Source of the DNA: Candidatus Sericytochromatia bacterium
GTDB lineage: Bacteria; Cyanobacteriota; Sericytochromatia; S15B-MN24; UBA4093
Direction: 5' to 3'
DNA: 64,000 nt
NCBI GenBank assembly: GCA_036676985.1
Contig: JAKFBU010000028.1
Coordinates: 27,664-91,663, forward strand
Shown here: positions 9,701-19,085 of the stretch, one piece after another
Layout of the letters: the number at the start of each line of letters is the position of its first letter
How positions within the stretch are numbered: the first letter of the stretch is position 1
Position numbers and translations under genes: made by a program
The notes under the pieces: model-generated
Told to the model about the DNA's origin: nothing
The model's input: only the letters and a program-made list of their open reading frames with translations
The model's database searches: none

Positions 9701-11706
9701 GCCTGGCGCTCAGCGCAGAAACCGGTATCTCCGAGTTCGACCTCCTGATGCTTGTGACCCAGGGCGAGGCCTACGGACAGCTGGGCGATCGCCGGCGTTC
9801 CATCCAATCGCTCGACAAGGCCCTATCCGGAGCCGAGGAGACGCGGGCCATGGGCGCGATCGCGCGGGTGCGGCTCGCCCGCACGGCTCTCGAGTTGCCC
9901 GTCGCCACGGAGACAGCGCGCATACAGCTCGCCGAGACCAAGGCCGCCATTGCAGAGACCGGCATGCAGGCTCTCGGCGCCCGGGCGATGCTCCTCGAAG
10001 CGGCGCTGCTCGTCAAAGAGGGCCGGGTACACGAGGCTGCGCACCTGTACCGCGAGGCCCAGGTCGAGGCCGTGCGCCTGGGACTGACGCTCGTGGCGGC
10101 GGACGCCGCTCGCGGCCTCGCCGAGTGGGATCCCGCCGAGGACGCGCAGCTCGTCTGGCGAGCCTCGGAGGCGAGCCTCGCCCGATTGCTCGGGACCCTG
10201 CCCGAGGACCTCCAGGAGAGCTTCCGGGCGCGCTACCAGCGTCCGCTCGCTGCGGCCGAGGCCCCGCAGGCCGGGCACGATCGCTCCATGGCCTCGGTGG
10301 TCGCGGACTTTGGCCGCATGGTGACGGGAACCCTCAGCTACCGTGAGGTCCTCGACCGGGTGATCGATCAGGTCATGAGCATCACCCGCGCGGAGCGGGG
10401 CATGATCATGCTCGTCGACTCCGACGGAGCCCTCGGCGGTCTTCTCGTTCGGCCGCGCCTCGAAGGGGACGCGAGCCTCATGGCCTTCAGCCGCTCCTTC
10501 GCCGATGCCGCCCTGCGCGAGCGCCGCTCCATCTGGGTGGCAGACGCCCAGTCCGACGCGCGCTTCGCCGCGGCCAAGAGCGTCATGGCGCTTGATCTGC
10601 GGACCGTCATCTGCGTCCCCTTGCTCGTGGACGACGCGGTCATCGGCCTCCTGTACCTGGACCAGCAGAGCGTCAACCGCAAGTTCAGCGAGGCCGACCT
10701 GCACCTGGTGGAGGGGCTCGCGGGGTTCGCGGCGCTCGCGATCGCCAACGCCCGCCGCTTCGAGGAGGCCCAGGAACGCACCAAGCTGCTCTCCGCCATC
10801 CAGGAGCTGAGCCGTCTGGTCTCCGCTCAGCTGGAGCGCGCGGAGATCGAGCGCGTCATCCTCCAGGAGGTCCTCTCGGTCGGACGATCGGAGCAGGGCT
10901 CGCTCCTCCTCGGGGAGCCCTTGCAGGCCGTGCTCACGCAGGGCGGGCCGCAGGAAGGAGCCTCCCTCGTCGAGCGGGCGCGCCAGACGGGACGCTCGGC
11001 CACCGAGGTGGACGCCGAGCGGGTGAGCCGCCTGGCCCTGCCCCTCATGGCCAACCACCGCCTCTGCGGGGTGCTCTACCTGGAGCGCGCGGGCCAGCAG
11101 CCCGTGTTCACGCCCTCCGAGGTCTCGGTGCTCGAGGCCATCGGGGCCCAGGCGGCGATCGCCCTCGACACCCTCGACTGGCGGGAGCAGCAGCTCGTCC
11201 GTTCGTCCCGGCTGGAGAAGGCGCTGCAGCTCATCGACGACCAGCGCGACGCGACTAAAGTGGACGAGCTGACGGGCCTCTTCACGCCCGACTACCTGTC
11301 GGACCGGCTCGCGCAGGAGATCCGGGAGGCGTCGCGCTACCAGCAGCCCCTCTCCCTGATGGTGCTGGATCCCGAGCGGATGGGTGAGCTCAACGAGCGC
11401 TTCGGCACCGAGACGGGCGATGCCATGCTGCGGCAGATCGCCGAGGAGCTGGCCGGCAAGTGCCGGAAGACGGACGTGCTCTGCCGGCTGGGCGGCGACG
11501 AGTTCGCCATCGTGATGCCGCAGACGCCCGCGGTGGGCGCCGAGATCTTCTCGGAGCGGCTGCGCAAGCACCTGTCGGAGCTTGCCATCTGCGACGACGC
11601 CGGTACCGAGCTGTGGAGCTTCGAGGCGGCGATCGCCGTGGTGGAGTGGCGGGCTGCTGAAGCCCCCGAGGCCTTCCTGGATCGGGCGATCTCGGCCCTG
11701 GGCTAG
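6778..11706 (+). CDS. Ser/Thr kinase - AAA/STAND ATPase - TPR - GAF - GAF - GGDEF protein
   Basis: GEGGMG, VALK, HGDLKPDN, DLG, APE; Walker A GPLGIGKS and Walker B IAIDD; TPR helices; ICVPL..IGLLYLD GAF; RKTD I-site and RLGGDEF. Confidence 0.9.
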   Translation: MSQELGGRYELVRPLGEGGMGQVFLAVDRQTRQEVALKVLSQELAHSPEARVRFREEFLTMRRVAHPRVVAAYDFGALADDRLYMAMEVVPGPGLEEQIPLRAEVARTYLVQALEGLAYLHASGLIHGDLKPDNLRLGADGALKLMDLGLAVPVGAQPRSVQGTPLYLAPEAVRCDRLDGRSDLYALGAVFYHLLAGHPPFAAESAVQLLQAHLHEAPVPLAERVTGVPSDLAALIDAMLAKAPQDRPASPAAALRMLGLEPGASAGLLPAPFVGRVSELETLVGRLGGEQLTSTVVAGPLGIGKSRLLQEVASRLQVAGRTVVSTTAEPTAQPLGSLSPLRRKLESMVADAATLEGIRRVLDQAGDVLDPRSAMLARQGAWQELVQAAAGRLPLVIAIDDWEAADEASRSVVSGLIDRRDLRVGFLLASTDEGSADALCLGPLSEVEVGEFAARSLGLTEVSPLLAAGLVERSGGSPLLVEALLAELVKQDAIPREGDLWRTDKVDWARAKLPEGAQGLIRRRAEELSEAEKSLVRAFALLRQPRALIDVGAWLGWEEGPLVAAAAGLRQKAFLSEGEWGMRLAQPAMAPVLLEGCAVEELHRAIAAGLEARAAEDDAPDLAFHLLAAGEPQRALPFAIKGARLLLGRYGLQEAERLLASTLELAAGDDRSQVQELRGDLLRMRGDLAEAEACYREALEHRNGRTAHLKTSLSLVCQMLSRFDEALSFARSGADAAAQEGLPGEGARAWTTVSRIHSLTGDMAQAEVAAQRALELARAGHARGFEAEALGLLGYYKVAEPGQAEQAIAYLQEALAIRTELGDRVGLNDAYMFLGNAQMALGRYPEAHETFERNLALCRELGAARNDEITALLNLAQVDAEAGALDPALSRLSEALDMAEAAGDQFLKGYALALRARVRAELGQLATALEDARGARALADELESKYLALVAEAFHAQVLLAAGDRLGALESLRTGLALSAETGISEFDLLMLVTQGEAYGQLGDRRRSIQSLDKALSGAEETRAMGAIARVRLARTALELPVATETARIQLAETKAAIAETGMQALGARAMLLEAALLVKEGRVHEAAHLYREAQVEAVRLGLTLVAADAARGLAEWDPAEDAQLVWRASEASLARLLGTLPEDLQESFRARYQRPLAAAEAPQAGHDRSMASVVADFGRMVTGTLSYREVLDRVIDQVMSITRAERGMIMLVDSDGALGGLLVRPRLEGDASLMAFSRSFADAALRERRSIWVADAQSDARFAAAKSVMALDLRTVICVPLLVDDAVIGLLYLDQQSVNRKFSEADLHLVEGLAGFAALAIANARRFEEAQERTKLLSAIQELSRLVSAQLERAEIERVILQEVLSVGRSEQGSLLLGEPLQAVLTQGGPQEGASLVERARQTGRSATEVDAERVSRLALPLMANHRLCGVLYLERAGQQPVFTPSEVSVLEAIGAQAAIALDTLDWREQQLVRSSRLEKALQLIDDQRDATKVDELTGLFTPDYLSDRLAQEIREASRYQQPLSLMVLDPERMGELNERFGTETGDAMLRQIAEELAGKCRKTDVLCRLGGDEFAIVMPQTPAVGAEIFSERLRKHLSELAICDDAGTELWSFEAAIAVVEWRAAEAPEAFLDRAISALG

Positions 11707-12479
11707 TCCCGCTTGATCTTCTTGAGGAACCCCTGAAGCAGCCCCTCCTGGGGCGGAGGCGTCGGAAGGGTCTGAACGGGCTTGGGAGCCGGACGCGGTG
11801 GCTTCTCGCTCGCACCGTTCGGCTGGGAGTTGCTCACCGGCTTGAGGACGTTCGCTTCGCGCTCGATGGGCGGGAACATCTGGTTGAGCACGGGATCGCT
11901 CTTGAAGAGCAGATCGTAGGTCGTCAGCAGAAAGAGCTTGGACTTGACCTTCGCCAGGTCGAAGTCGGCGATGAGCTCCCGCCGCCGGGCCGACTCCTGG
12001 GTGCCGATGCGGTTGAGGATCTCGAGCACCGCGTGGATGTTCTCGGCCTCGAGCGTGCTCTCGACGCTCAGGAAGGCGCGGGTCTCCTGGACGACCTGGG
12101 CCGCGTCGTCGTAGCGCTCGAGCGCGATCCGGATCCGCTTGCCGACGCCCGCGTCCGAGCCCATGCGCTGCAAGACGGCCCGGACCATGGTCGCGTGGTC
12201 GGCGCGGAGGCTCCGGAGGGAGCCTTCCCACATGGGCTGCGGGATCTTGGCGAGGTCGTGGATGAAGCGCAGCATCTTCATGCGCCCCGCGAGGTTCTGG
12301 TCCATCTGATCGAAGAGGTCGACGTACTTCTGGGCGTCGGCCCTCAACTGCTGCCACTTCTCGCGATCGAGCAGGCGCTCGACCGGCTTGTTGGCAGGCC
12401 GCCGCACGTGGACCGCGGGGTGGCCCTTCGGGGCTCCCGGTGTGGGGGGCGCTGGCTTTCGGGGAGTCGGATCGGTCAC
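11703..12479 (-). CDS. Hypothetical helical protein
   Basis: 258-aa ORF with host-like codon use; stop overlaps the convergent stop (CTAG); GGGTATAAT upstream. Confidence 0.7.
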   Translation of the reverse strand: MTDPTPRKPAPPTPGAPKGHPAVHVRRPANKPVERLLDREKWQQLRADAQKYVDLFDQMDQNLAGRMKMLRFIHDLAKIPQPMWEGSLRSLRADHATMVRAVLQRMGSDAGVGKRIRIALERYDDAAQVVQETRAFLSVESTLEAENIHAVLEILNRIGTQESARRRELIADFDLAKVKSKLFLLTTYDLLFKSDPVLNQMFPPIEREANVLKPVSNSQPNGASEKPPRPAPKPVQTLPTPPPQEGLLQGFLKKIKRD

Positions 12480-12595
12480 GCGTACTTCCGGGCCCGGTCG
12501 ACAGAGGGACGCTTGGCATTATACCCGTCAAGCGACCCGCGCAAAGGTCGAGAGGCAAGCGATCGCTTGCCTCTCGAAGGGGTGTCCGGTTCGGG

Positions 12596-13609
12596 CTACA
12601 TCACCGACAGCTTGTAGCGGTGCTGCAGGAACTGGTCCGGGGTGGGACGGGGCGAGCTGGTGTCCTGCTGCCAGGCCCTGAACGCCTTGTCGAACTCCTT
12701 GACGGCGGTCTTGATCTCGTCGTCGCTCAGGCCCTTGGTCTTGCCCGCGTCGTAGAAGTCGCCGACGGCCTTGAGGATGCCGGGATCGCTGTACTTGCCG
12801 TCGGTCGCCGTGTTGACGCCGTTCTTGAAGATGGTGTCCGTGAGCAGGAAGTCCTTGAACTCCTTGAGCTTGGCGGCCTGCTCGGCCTCGTAGGCGGGCT
12901 GCGCCACCTGCTTGATCTCGTTGGAGCGCTGGGCGAACTGCTCCTTGGTGATGGTGCCGCCGTCGATGCCCTCGTCGAAGTTGGGATTGAGCCAGGGCTT
13001 GTCGATGCCGTCGATGCCCTGGAGCTCGGCGCCCTTGAGGACGCCGTCGCCGTCCTTGTCACGCTGGGCGAAGGCGGCGTCGATCTCGGGATCGGCCTGG
13101 CCCACGTTCTTGGTGGCCTCCTGGGCGGCGAGGACGGCGGCGGCACCGGCCGCGGCCGCCTTCGCCTGGGCCTCGGGGCTGTTGGCGATCTCCTGGCGCA
13201 CCTGATCGAGCGGCTTGCCGCTGTCCATCCAGCCCTGGATGCCCGGATCCGGCTCGCGGCCGAGGATGTCGCGGTACATCTGGGCGATCGCGTCGTAACG
13301 CTCCTGGTCGAAGGCCGGGGCCGCGCCGGCGCCCTGGAAGTCGGCGCCCGGAGGGGCGGCCTGCTGGTCGCCACCCGTCATGGAGTCGATGGCCCCTTCG
13401 ACCAGGTTGCTCACCACGCCGAAGGCGAAGCCCGCGGCGGCTCCCAGAGCGGTCCCGACCCCAGGAACGATGCTACCAGCTAGGGCTCCGGCCGCCGTGG
13501 CGCCGGCAATCTCACCAAGTGTCTCGTTGGCCTTGGCCTGCTCCTCGGGAGTGGGCTTGCGGACGGGCTGGGGCTGGGCGCCGGGACCCCCGATCGGGCT
13601 CATGGTCAT
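12596..13609 (-). CDS. Hypothetical protein: glycine zipper, DUF4214-like segment and EF-hand
   Basis: GATAAGALAGSIVPGVGTALGAAAGFAFG; MYRDILGREPDPGIQGW...ANSPE; DKDGDGVLKGAEL; AAGGAG RBS. Confidence 0.7.
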   Translation of the reverse strand: MTMSPIGGPGAQPQPVRKPTPEEQAKANETLGEIAGATAAGALAGSIVPGVGTALGAAAGFAFGVVSNLVEGAIDSMTGGDQQAAPPGADFQGAGAAPAFDQERYDAIAQMYRDILGREPDPGIQGWMDSGKPLDQVRQEIANSPEAQAKAAAAGAAAVLAAQEATKNVGQADPEIDAAFAQRDKDGDGVLKGAELQGIDGIDKPWLNPNFDEGIDGGTITKEQFAQRSNEIKQVAQPAYEAEQAAKLKEFKDFLLTDTIFKNGVNTATDGKYSDPGILKAVGDFYDAGKTKGLSDDEIKTAVKEFDKAFRAWQQDTSSPRPTPDQFLQHRYKLSVM

Positions 13610-13897
13610 GATGCTCTCCTTGTCATTAACTGGGGACGATTGCTATCAGGTCAAGCAGTCTCTCCCCATATCCCCGGACGGCCGCCAATCCTTGATTGCT
13701 TGCTGGATAAAACTTCATTAAAAGTCCATTGGGTGCCAATGCCCTACGGGGGTTCCCTCGCGATGAAGGCGGCGGGGCGCGCTTTTTCACGCAGAGCCCT
13801 CCGGGCGGCCATGCGGCCGTTGGGTAACGGAGCGCTTTTTTTGGGAACAAGCGTTTCTAGTTGGTAATTTTTTGGGCCTGGAAAGACGGTGCGACGG

Positions 13898-16027
13898 ATG
13901 CTTCGTAAGTTGGCGACGGTCCTGCTGAGCGGCTTGCTGATCGGCTGCACGCCGGGGATGCTGGGGACGCTCGGCAATCCCAACGGGGCGACCAAGGTGG
14001 CCTCCGAGGCCAAGACCTACGCGGGCCAGGTGCTCGGCCTCGACGGCAAGCCCGCGGCGGGCGTCGAGGTGCAGGGCTATATCGTCTCCAACAACACCGG
14101 CAGCCTCGTCTCGAACAACACGGGCAGCCTCATCAGCCACAACGGCTCCAAGTACGGCATCCAGGCCGACGAGCTGAAGACCGTCACGGACATCGACGGG
14201 CGCTTCACCCTCGCGAGCGGCACCGGCCTGCCCTTGAACGTGGAAGCCGTGCTCTCGAACGACGTGAAGGCCATCCGCCTCAAGGTGGACGCCGGAGCCA
14301 ACGATCTGACGCTGCAGCTGGCCTACACGGGCACCATCTCGGGTCGGGTCACGGCGCCGAGCGCGCCCACGGTCACGGACTTCACGGGCGTGGACGTCTT
14401 CATCCCGGGCACGTCGTACCTGGCCAAGACCAACGCGACGGGCATGTTCACGCTCTCCAACGTGGCGGTGGGCACCTTCGATCTGGTGGCGACCAAGCAG
14501 GGCCTGGGCCGCGGCAACGCCACGGACGTGCGCGTCCAGTCCAAGAAGGTGACGACCACCGCGGACATCCCCATGTCCGTGACGGCTCCCGTCGTGTCCT
14601 CGCTCAGCCAGGGCAACGGAGGCCCCGGCAGCCTCGTGACCCTCACGGGCGAGTACTTCGGGGCCTCGACGGGCGAGACCTTCGACGTGTCCTTCGGCGG
14701 GGCGATCGCGGCCAACCCCGAACGGCTCGACGACCAGACCATCCGGGTGGCCGTGCCGGACGCGGCTGTTTCCGGGGCGGTGGTGGTCACGGTCTCGGGC
14801 ATCCGCAGCAACGCGACGTCCTTCAAGGTGATCGATCGCTTGGTGGTGAGCCCGGAGGTGGCCTACCTCAAGGCCGGCCGGGCGCAGCCCTACACGGTGA
14901 CGGCCTACGAGCGGGACGGCGCGGTCGTCGAGAGCCCGAGCGTCACCTGGGGGGTGGACGGCACGGCTGCTACGTACAGCAATGGGGCCGTCACCTTCGC
15001 GAGCCCCGGCCGGGCCATGCTGAGCGTGCTGAGCGGGGTCAAGGCGGCGACGCGATCGCTGGAGGCCTTCAACGGGCCGGTGGTCAACACGCTCGCGGGT
15101 GGGGTGGCCGGATTCGCCGACGGGCGCGGCAGCGCGGCCAAGTTCGCCTATCCGAACGGCCTCACGGTGGACCAGGACGGCACGGTCTACGTGGCCGACC
15201 GGGACAACCACCGGATCCGCAAGGTCTCGCCCAGCGGGGACGTGACGACGGTGGTGGGCTCCGAGCGCTGGGGCAACATCAACGGCGTGGGGGATGCGGT
15301 CCAGTTCAACTCGCCGGTATGCGTGGCGCTGGATGGGAAGGGGAACCTGTTCGTCAGCGAGACGGGCAACCACCAGATCCGCAAGGTCGACCTCGCGTCG
15401 CGGGCCGTGACGACCTTTTCGGGCACCGGGGCATCCGGAGCCTCGGATCAGCTTCTCTTCTTGGGCCCAGCTACCTACTATTCCCCGCACGGTCTGGCGG
15501 TGGACGCCTCGGGCTCGGTCTTCGTCGCGGATTGGATGAACTCCAAGATCCGCAAGATCGAGGCCAGCGGCAACGTCGTCATGACCTACGCGGGCAAGGG
15601 GTTGCCAGGGTTCATCGACGCGACGGCCTCGGTGGACGCGGTCTTCCAGTATCCGATCGGGGTGGCGGTGAGTCCCCAGGGCGTGGTTTTCGTCTCGGAC
15701 ATGTACAACAACCGGATCCGGAAGATCGAGAACGGCCAGGTCACGACCTACTTCGGAAACGGGGATCCGGCGATCCTGAACAGGCCGCATGACCTGGCCT
15801 TGGATGCCAACGGCAGCCTCTACGTCGCCGATAGCCAGAACCACCGGGTGGTGAAGATCCGGCCGGACAAGACGTCGGTGGTCGTGGCGGGCAGCACCCG
15901 GGGCTATGCGGACGGGGCGGGAGCGAATGCTCAGTTCAACGAGCTCTTCGGCATCGCCGTGGGGCCGGATGGGCTGGTGTATGTAGGGGATCGGAACAAC
16001 AACCGGATCCGGGTGATCTCGCCCTAG
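13898..16027 (+). CDS. Lipoprotein with carboxypeptidase-regulatory-like, IPT/TIG and NHL-repeat domains
   Basis: Lipobox LIGC; SNNTGSL repeats; VTLTGEYFG (IPT); repeated F..P.G.AVD..G.VYVAD..N.RIRK (NHL). Confidence 0.88.
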   Translation: MLRKLATVLLSGLLIGCTPGMLGTLGNPNGATKVASEAKTYAGQVLGLDGKPAAGVEVQGYIVSNNTGSLVSNNTGSLISHNGSKYGIQADELKTVTDIDGRFTLASGTGLPLNVEAVLSNDVKAIRLKVDAGANDLTLQLAYTGTISGRVTAPSAPTVTDFTGVDVFIPGTSYLAKTNATGMFTLSNVAVGTFDLVATKQGLGRGNATDVRVQSKKVTTTADIPMSVTAPVVSSLSQGNGGPGSLVTLTGEYFGASTGETFDVSFGGAIAANPERLDDQTIRVAVPDAAVSGAVVVTVSGIRSNATSFKVIDRLVVSPEVAYLKAGRAQPYTVTAYERDGAVVESPSVTWGVDGTAATYSNGAVTFASPGRAMLSVLSGVKAATRSLEAFNGPVVNTLAGGVAGFADGRGSAAKFAYPNGLTVDQDGTVYVADRDNHRIRKVSPSGDVTTVVGSERWGNINGVGDAVQFNSPVCVALDGKGNLFVSETGNHQIRKVDLASRAVTTFSGTGASGASDQLLFLGPATYYSPHGLAVDASGSVFVADWMNSKIRKIEASGNVVMTYAGKGLPGFIDATASVDAVFQYPIGVAVSPQGVVFVSDMYNNRIRKIENGQVTTYFGNGDPAILNRPHDLALDANGSLYVADSQNHRVVKIRPDKTSVVVAGSTRGYADGAGANAQFNELFGIAVGPDGLVYVGDRNNNRIRVISP

Positions 16028-16030
16028 GCG

Positions 16031-16196
16031 CATGCACATAGGGAACCGTTCGCCCTTCGAGAGCCTCAGGGTGAACGGGATGGTTGTGGGTCTCAAGGGA
16101 TCGCGTCTGAGCTCATGAGAAGTCCACTCAAGCCGCCAACAATAAAACCGTTCGTCCTGAGGCTCTCGAAGGAACGAACGGTTCCTCATGTGCATG
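16031..16196. repeat. Inverted doublet of a ~50-bp dispersed palindromic repeat
   Basis: catgcacatagggaaccgttcgcccttcgagagcctcagggtgaacgg mirrors ccgttcgtcctgaggctctcgaaggaacgaacggttcctcatgtgcatg. Confidence 0.85.
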
Positions 16197-16221
16197 TAGG
16201 GCACAAGAGCACGCCATTCAA

Positions 16222-16248
16222 AAAGGGCCGCCCAACCGGGCGGCCCTT
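16222..16248. terminator. Likely intrinsic terminator between convergent genes
   Basis: aagggccgccc-aacc-gggcggccctt hairpin with an A tract on the left. Confidence 0.7.
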
Positions 16249-16263
16249 CGTGATTCGATTGGG

Positions 16264-17484
16264 TTACTTGACCGCCGCAGCAGCATCCACCAGGCCGTGG
16301 CCGTAGTACTTGTCGAACCCAGGCTCGCCCAGGTCCTTGGCCGTCTTGATCAGATGCTCCCGCACCTGCTCCCGGTTGAAGTTCGGGAACCGCGAACGGA
16401 TGAGACCCACCACGCCGGCCGCGCAGGGCGCGGCCATCGACGTGCCGCTCATGAGCTCGTACTTCTTGCCCGGCACCGTCGAGAGGATGTCCACGCCAGG
16501 CGCCGCCACCGTCACCGTGTTGCCCCAGTTCGAGAAATTGGCCTTCTTGTTGCTGCTGTCCGTCGCCGCCACCTCGATGACGCCCGGATAGGTCGAGGGC
16601 AGGTGCGGGGCCTTCTTCGGATCGTTCTCCGCGTTGTTGTTGCCCGCCGACGCGCAGATGACGACGTCCTTGTTCAGGGCGTACTGGAGCGCGTCCTCCA
16701 GCACCTTCGAGGGCTTGTAGATGCCCTGGCTGATGGACATGACCGTCGCGCCATGGTCGGCCGCCCAGATGATGCCCTCCGCGATCGTGGCATCCGAGCC
16801 CTGGCCCGTCGCGCGGTCCGAGATCTGCACGGCCATCATGCCGCAGCCGGGCGCCACGCCCGCGATGCCCTCGCCGTTGTTGGCCGCCGCCCCGAAAATG
16901 CCCAGGCAGTGGCTGCCGTGACCGCTGCCCGGCGTCAGCTCGGACTTGCGGGTCAGCACGCTCCAGGACTGCACGATCTGCGACTTGATATCCGGGTGGT
17001 CGAGCTCCGTGCCCGAGTCGATAACGGCGATGATGGTGCGCTTGGCGCCCGCCGTCGTCTTCCATGCGTCCAGCGCGTTGATGGCCCGCAGGTTGTACTG
17101 GTCCTTGAGGCGCGGGTCGTTGGGAGCCGTCTTGTAGGTCTTCTCGTCGACGTCCTCCTTCTCGACCCGGTTCACGAAGTCCGCGTAGGTGACGTTCGGG
17201 TTCTGGGCGAACTCCGCGAGCACGTCCTCGGGCGACTTGGTGGCGGGCACCTCGACGATGGCCGCGTTGAGGGCGTCGATGCTCCGGCGCGCCTTGTAGC
17301 CGTTCAGGCGGATGCCGCTCTTGCTGGCGAACTTGACGACCACCTCGCGCTTGGAGGTGCCGTTCGCGCGGAAGTCCGACGTGCCGCTGGTGGGCGTGAG
17401 CCCCAAAGGAGACGAGGTCGGCGCGGCGCAGCCGGCGAGGACCGAGAGGATCAGGGATCCGGCAAGAAGGCGGAATTTCTTCAA
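16264..17484 (-). CDS. S8 subtilisin-like serine protease, lipoprotein
   Basis: Lipobox LAGC; IAVIDSG, HGSHC and SGTSMAAP triad motifs. Confidence 0.92.
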   Translation of the reverse strand: MKKFRLLAGSLILSVLAGCAAPTSSPLGLTPTSGTSDFRANGTSKREVVVKFASKSGIRLNGYKARRSIDALNAAIVEVPATKSPEDVLAEFAQNPNVTYADFVNRVEKEDVDEKTYKTAPNDPRLKDQYNLRAINALDAWKTTAGAKRTIIAVIDSGTELDHPDIKSQIVQSWSVLTRKSELTPGSGHGSHCLGIFGAAANNGEGIAGVAPGCGMMAVQISDRATGQGSDATIAEGIIWAADHGATVMSISQGIYKPSKVLEDALQYALNKDVVICASAGNNNAENDPKKAPHLPSTYPGVIEVAATDSSNKKANFSNWGNTVTVAAPGVDILSTVPGKKYELMSGTSMAAPCAAGVVGLIRSRFPNFNREQVREHLIKTAKDLGEPGFDKYYGHGLVDAAAAVK

Positions 17485-17665
17485 CGTGGCGCTCCCTCTG
17501 AAGACACGGCGGGTGTTCCTCGGGTGTTATCCGCCGACCTACGCGCCAAGTTTCTTAAGGCGGGTCTAAGCTGAGGACAACCTTTATTTATTGTCGTGGC
17601 GCCCCTCGGCCGTTTTCCGGGCAGCAAAAAGCCCCCGGCCATCGGCCGGGGGCGAAGGGGGCGGA

Positions 17666-19018
17666 CTAGGCGAGGGTGGCTCTGAGGACCTCGCGGAACT
17701 CCTGGGTCGTGGCGTACCGGCCGTTGGGCAACGGGTTCATGGCCTTGACGATGGCGTCGCTCAGGGCCTCGGGGAGGTCCGGGTTCAGCTCCCTGGGCGG
17801 CTTGTTGATGGTCCGCGAGATGAAGCTCTCGGGCTTGGTGCCCGTCACCAGGTGATACAGGGTGGCGCCCAGGCCGTAGACGTCGCTGCGCGGATCGGCG
17901 GCCGACGCGTTGCTGAAGAGCTCCGGCGCCGAGTAGGCGGGATCACGACCGTGGATGGCCTCGGTGAAGACGATCGAGGGGTCGCCCTCGATGCGCGCGC
18001 CCGAGAAGTTCGTGACCTTGACGATCTCGTCCGACACCCGGATGGAGGCCGGCGTGACGTTGCGGTGCACCACGGGCGGGTTGGCCTGGTGGGCGGCGTT
18101 GAGGCCCGCGGCAGCCTGGGCCACGAAGCCCGTGGCCTGCCGCCAGGTCAAGGAGCCGATCTGGTCGATGAGGTTGAAGCCCTCCACCCACTCGGAGATG
18201 ATGTAGAGGTTGCCCTCGTCCTCCAGGACGTCGAGGATCGTCACGAGGTTGGGGTGCGAGAGCTTGGCCGTCGCGCGGGCCTCGCGCACCGCGCGGTTGC
18301 GCCACAACGCGAGCTTGTCCGGCGGCAGGTTGACGTCCGAGACGAGCTTCTTGATGAAGACCTGGCGCTCGGTGATGACGTTGATGGCCTTGTAGGAGAC
18401 CGATCGGGGCGAGCTCTTGAGGACCTCCGCGATCCGGTAGTTCTCGAAGGGCAGGGCCTCTTCCATGGAGAGGTTGCTGCCGACCAGCAGCTGAGCGATG
18501 TCCCGGACCTGCGTGTCCGTGGCCTCGTGGCTCATCTTCTTGGCGTCCGCCTCGATGTAGGGCAAGAGGCCCTCCAGCGAGATGAGGTCGATGTCCGTGG
18601 GGTTCTCGACGGCCATGGGCGTGTGCGGCGGCACGACGATGAGCGCCTTGGTCTTGAGCTTGCCCATGAGGCCGGAGTTCCACCGCGAGAGGATGGTGTT
18701 GAGGGTCTTGGCCTTCATCTCGCAGCGCTGGAGCGGGTTCTCGATCTGGTGCGGCGGGTTGCCGTCGCGGTACACCACCCAGTTCTTCTGGTTGACATGC
18801 CCCTTGACCTCACCCTGCCAGTACTTGGTCTCGATGGCATACACCGCATGGGTCGACAGCAGGATGATGTCGATCTCGATGTTGCTCTGCTTGTGGTAGT
18901 AGCCGGGCAGGATGACGTTGGTGAGCGCCACGAAGCCCTCACCCAGGTGGCTTAGCGTGCGGGCGACGGTCTTCTCGAACTCGTTGACCGGGTTTCCAGC
19001 GACGATGATCTGAGCCAT
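17666..19018 (-). CDS. NERD nuclease domain fused to a pseudokinase domain
   Basis: EIDIILL...AIETKYWQG and NPLQ (NERD); the kinase fold has HRN for HRD, TPAS for KPxN and NFS for DFG. Confidence 0.85.
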   Translation of the reverse strand: MAQIIVAGNPVNEFEKTVARTLSHLGEGFVALTNVILPGYYHKQSNIEIDIILLSTHAVYAIETKYWQGEVKGHVNQKNWVVYRDGNPPHQIENPLQRCEMKAKTLNTILSRWNSGLMGKLKTKALIVVPPHTPMAVENPTDIDLISLEGLLPYIEADAKKMSHEATDTQVRDIAQLLVGSNLSMEEALPFENYRIAEVLKSSPRSVSYKAINVITERQVFIKKLVSDVNLPPDKLALWRNRAVREARATAKLSHPNLVTILDVLEDEGNLYIISEWVEGFNLIDQIGSLTWRQATGFVAQAAAGLNAAHQANPPVVHRNVTPASIRVSDEIVKVTNFSGARIEGDPSIVFTEAIHGRDPAYSAPELFSNASAADPRSDVYGLGATLYHLVTGTKPESFISRTINKPPRELNPDLPEALSDAIVKAMNPLPNGRYATTQEFREVLRATLA

Positions 19019-19085
19019 GCGGGCAGCGACTCCTTCCGTCCAGCAGGGGTGGGTTCAATGTATCCTACCCCCGAATGGTGGGAGC

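Noticed and set aside
9823-12558. 911-aa minus-strand ORF
   Set aside because: Shadow frame overlapping two well-supported genes; Arg/Pro-rich translation typical of high-GC off-frames
13787-17065. 1092-aa minus-strand ORF and similar long alternative ORFs throughout
   Set aside because: Antisense or off-frame to motif-bearing genes; no recognisable domains or RBS
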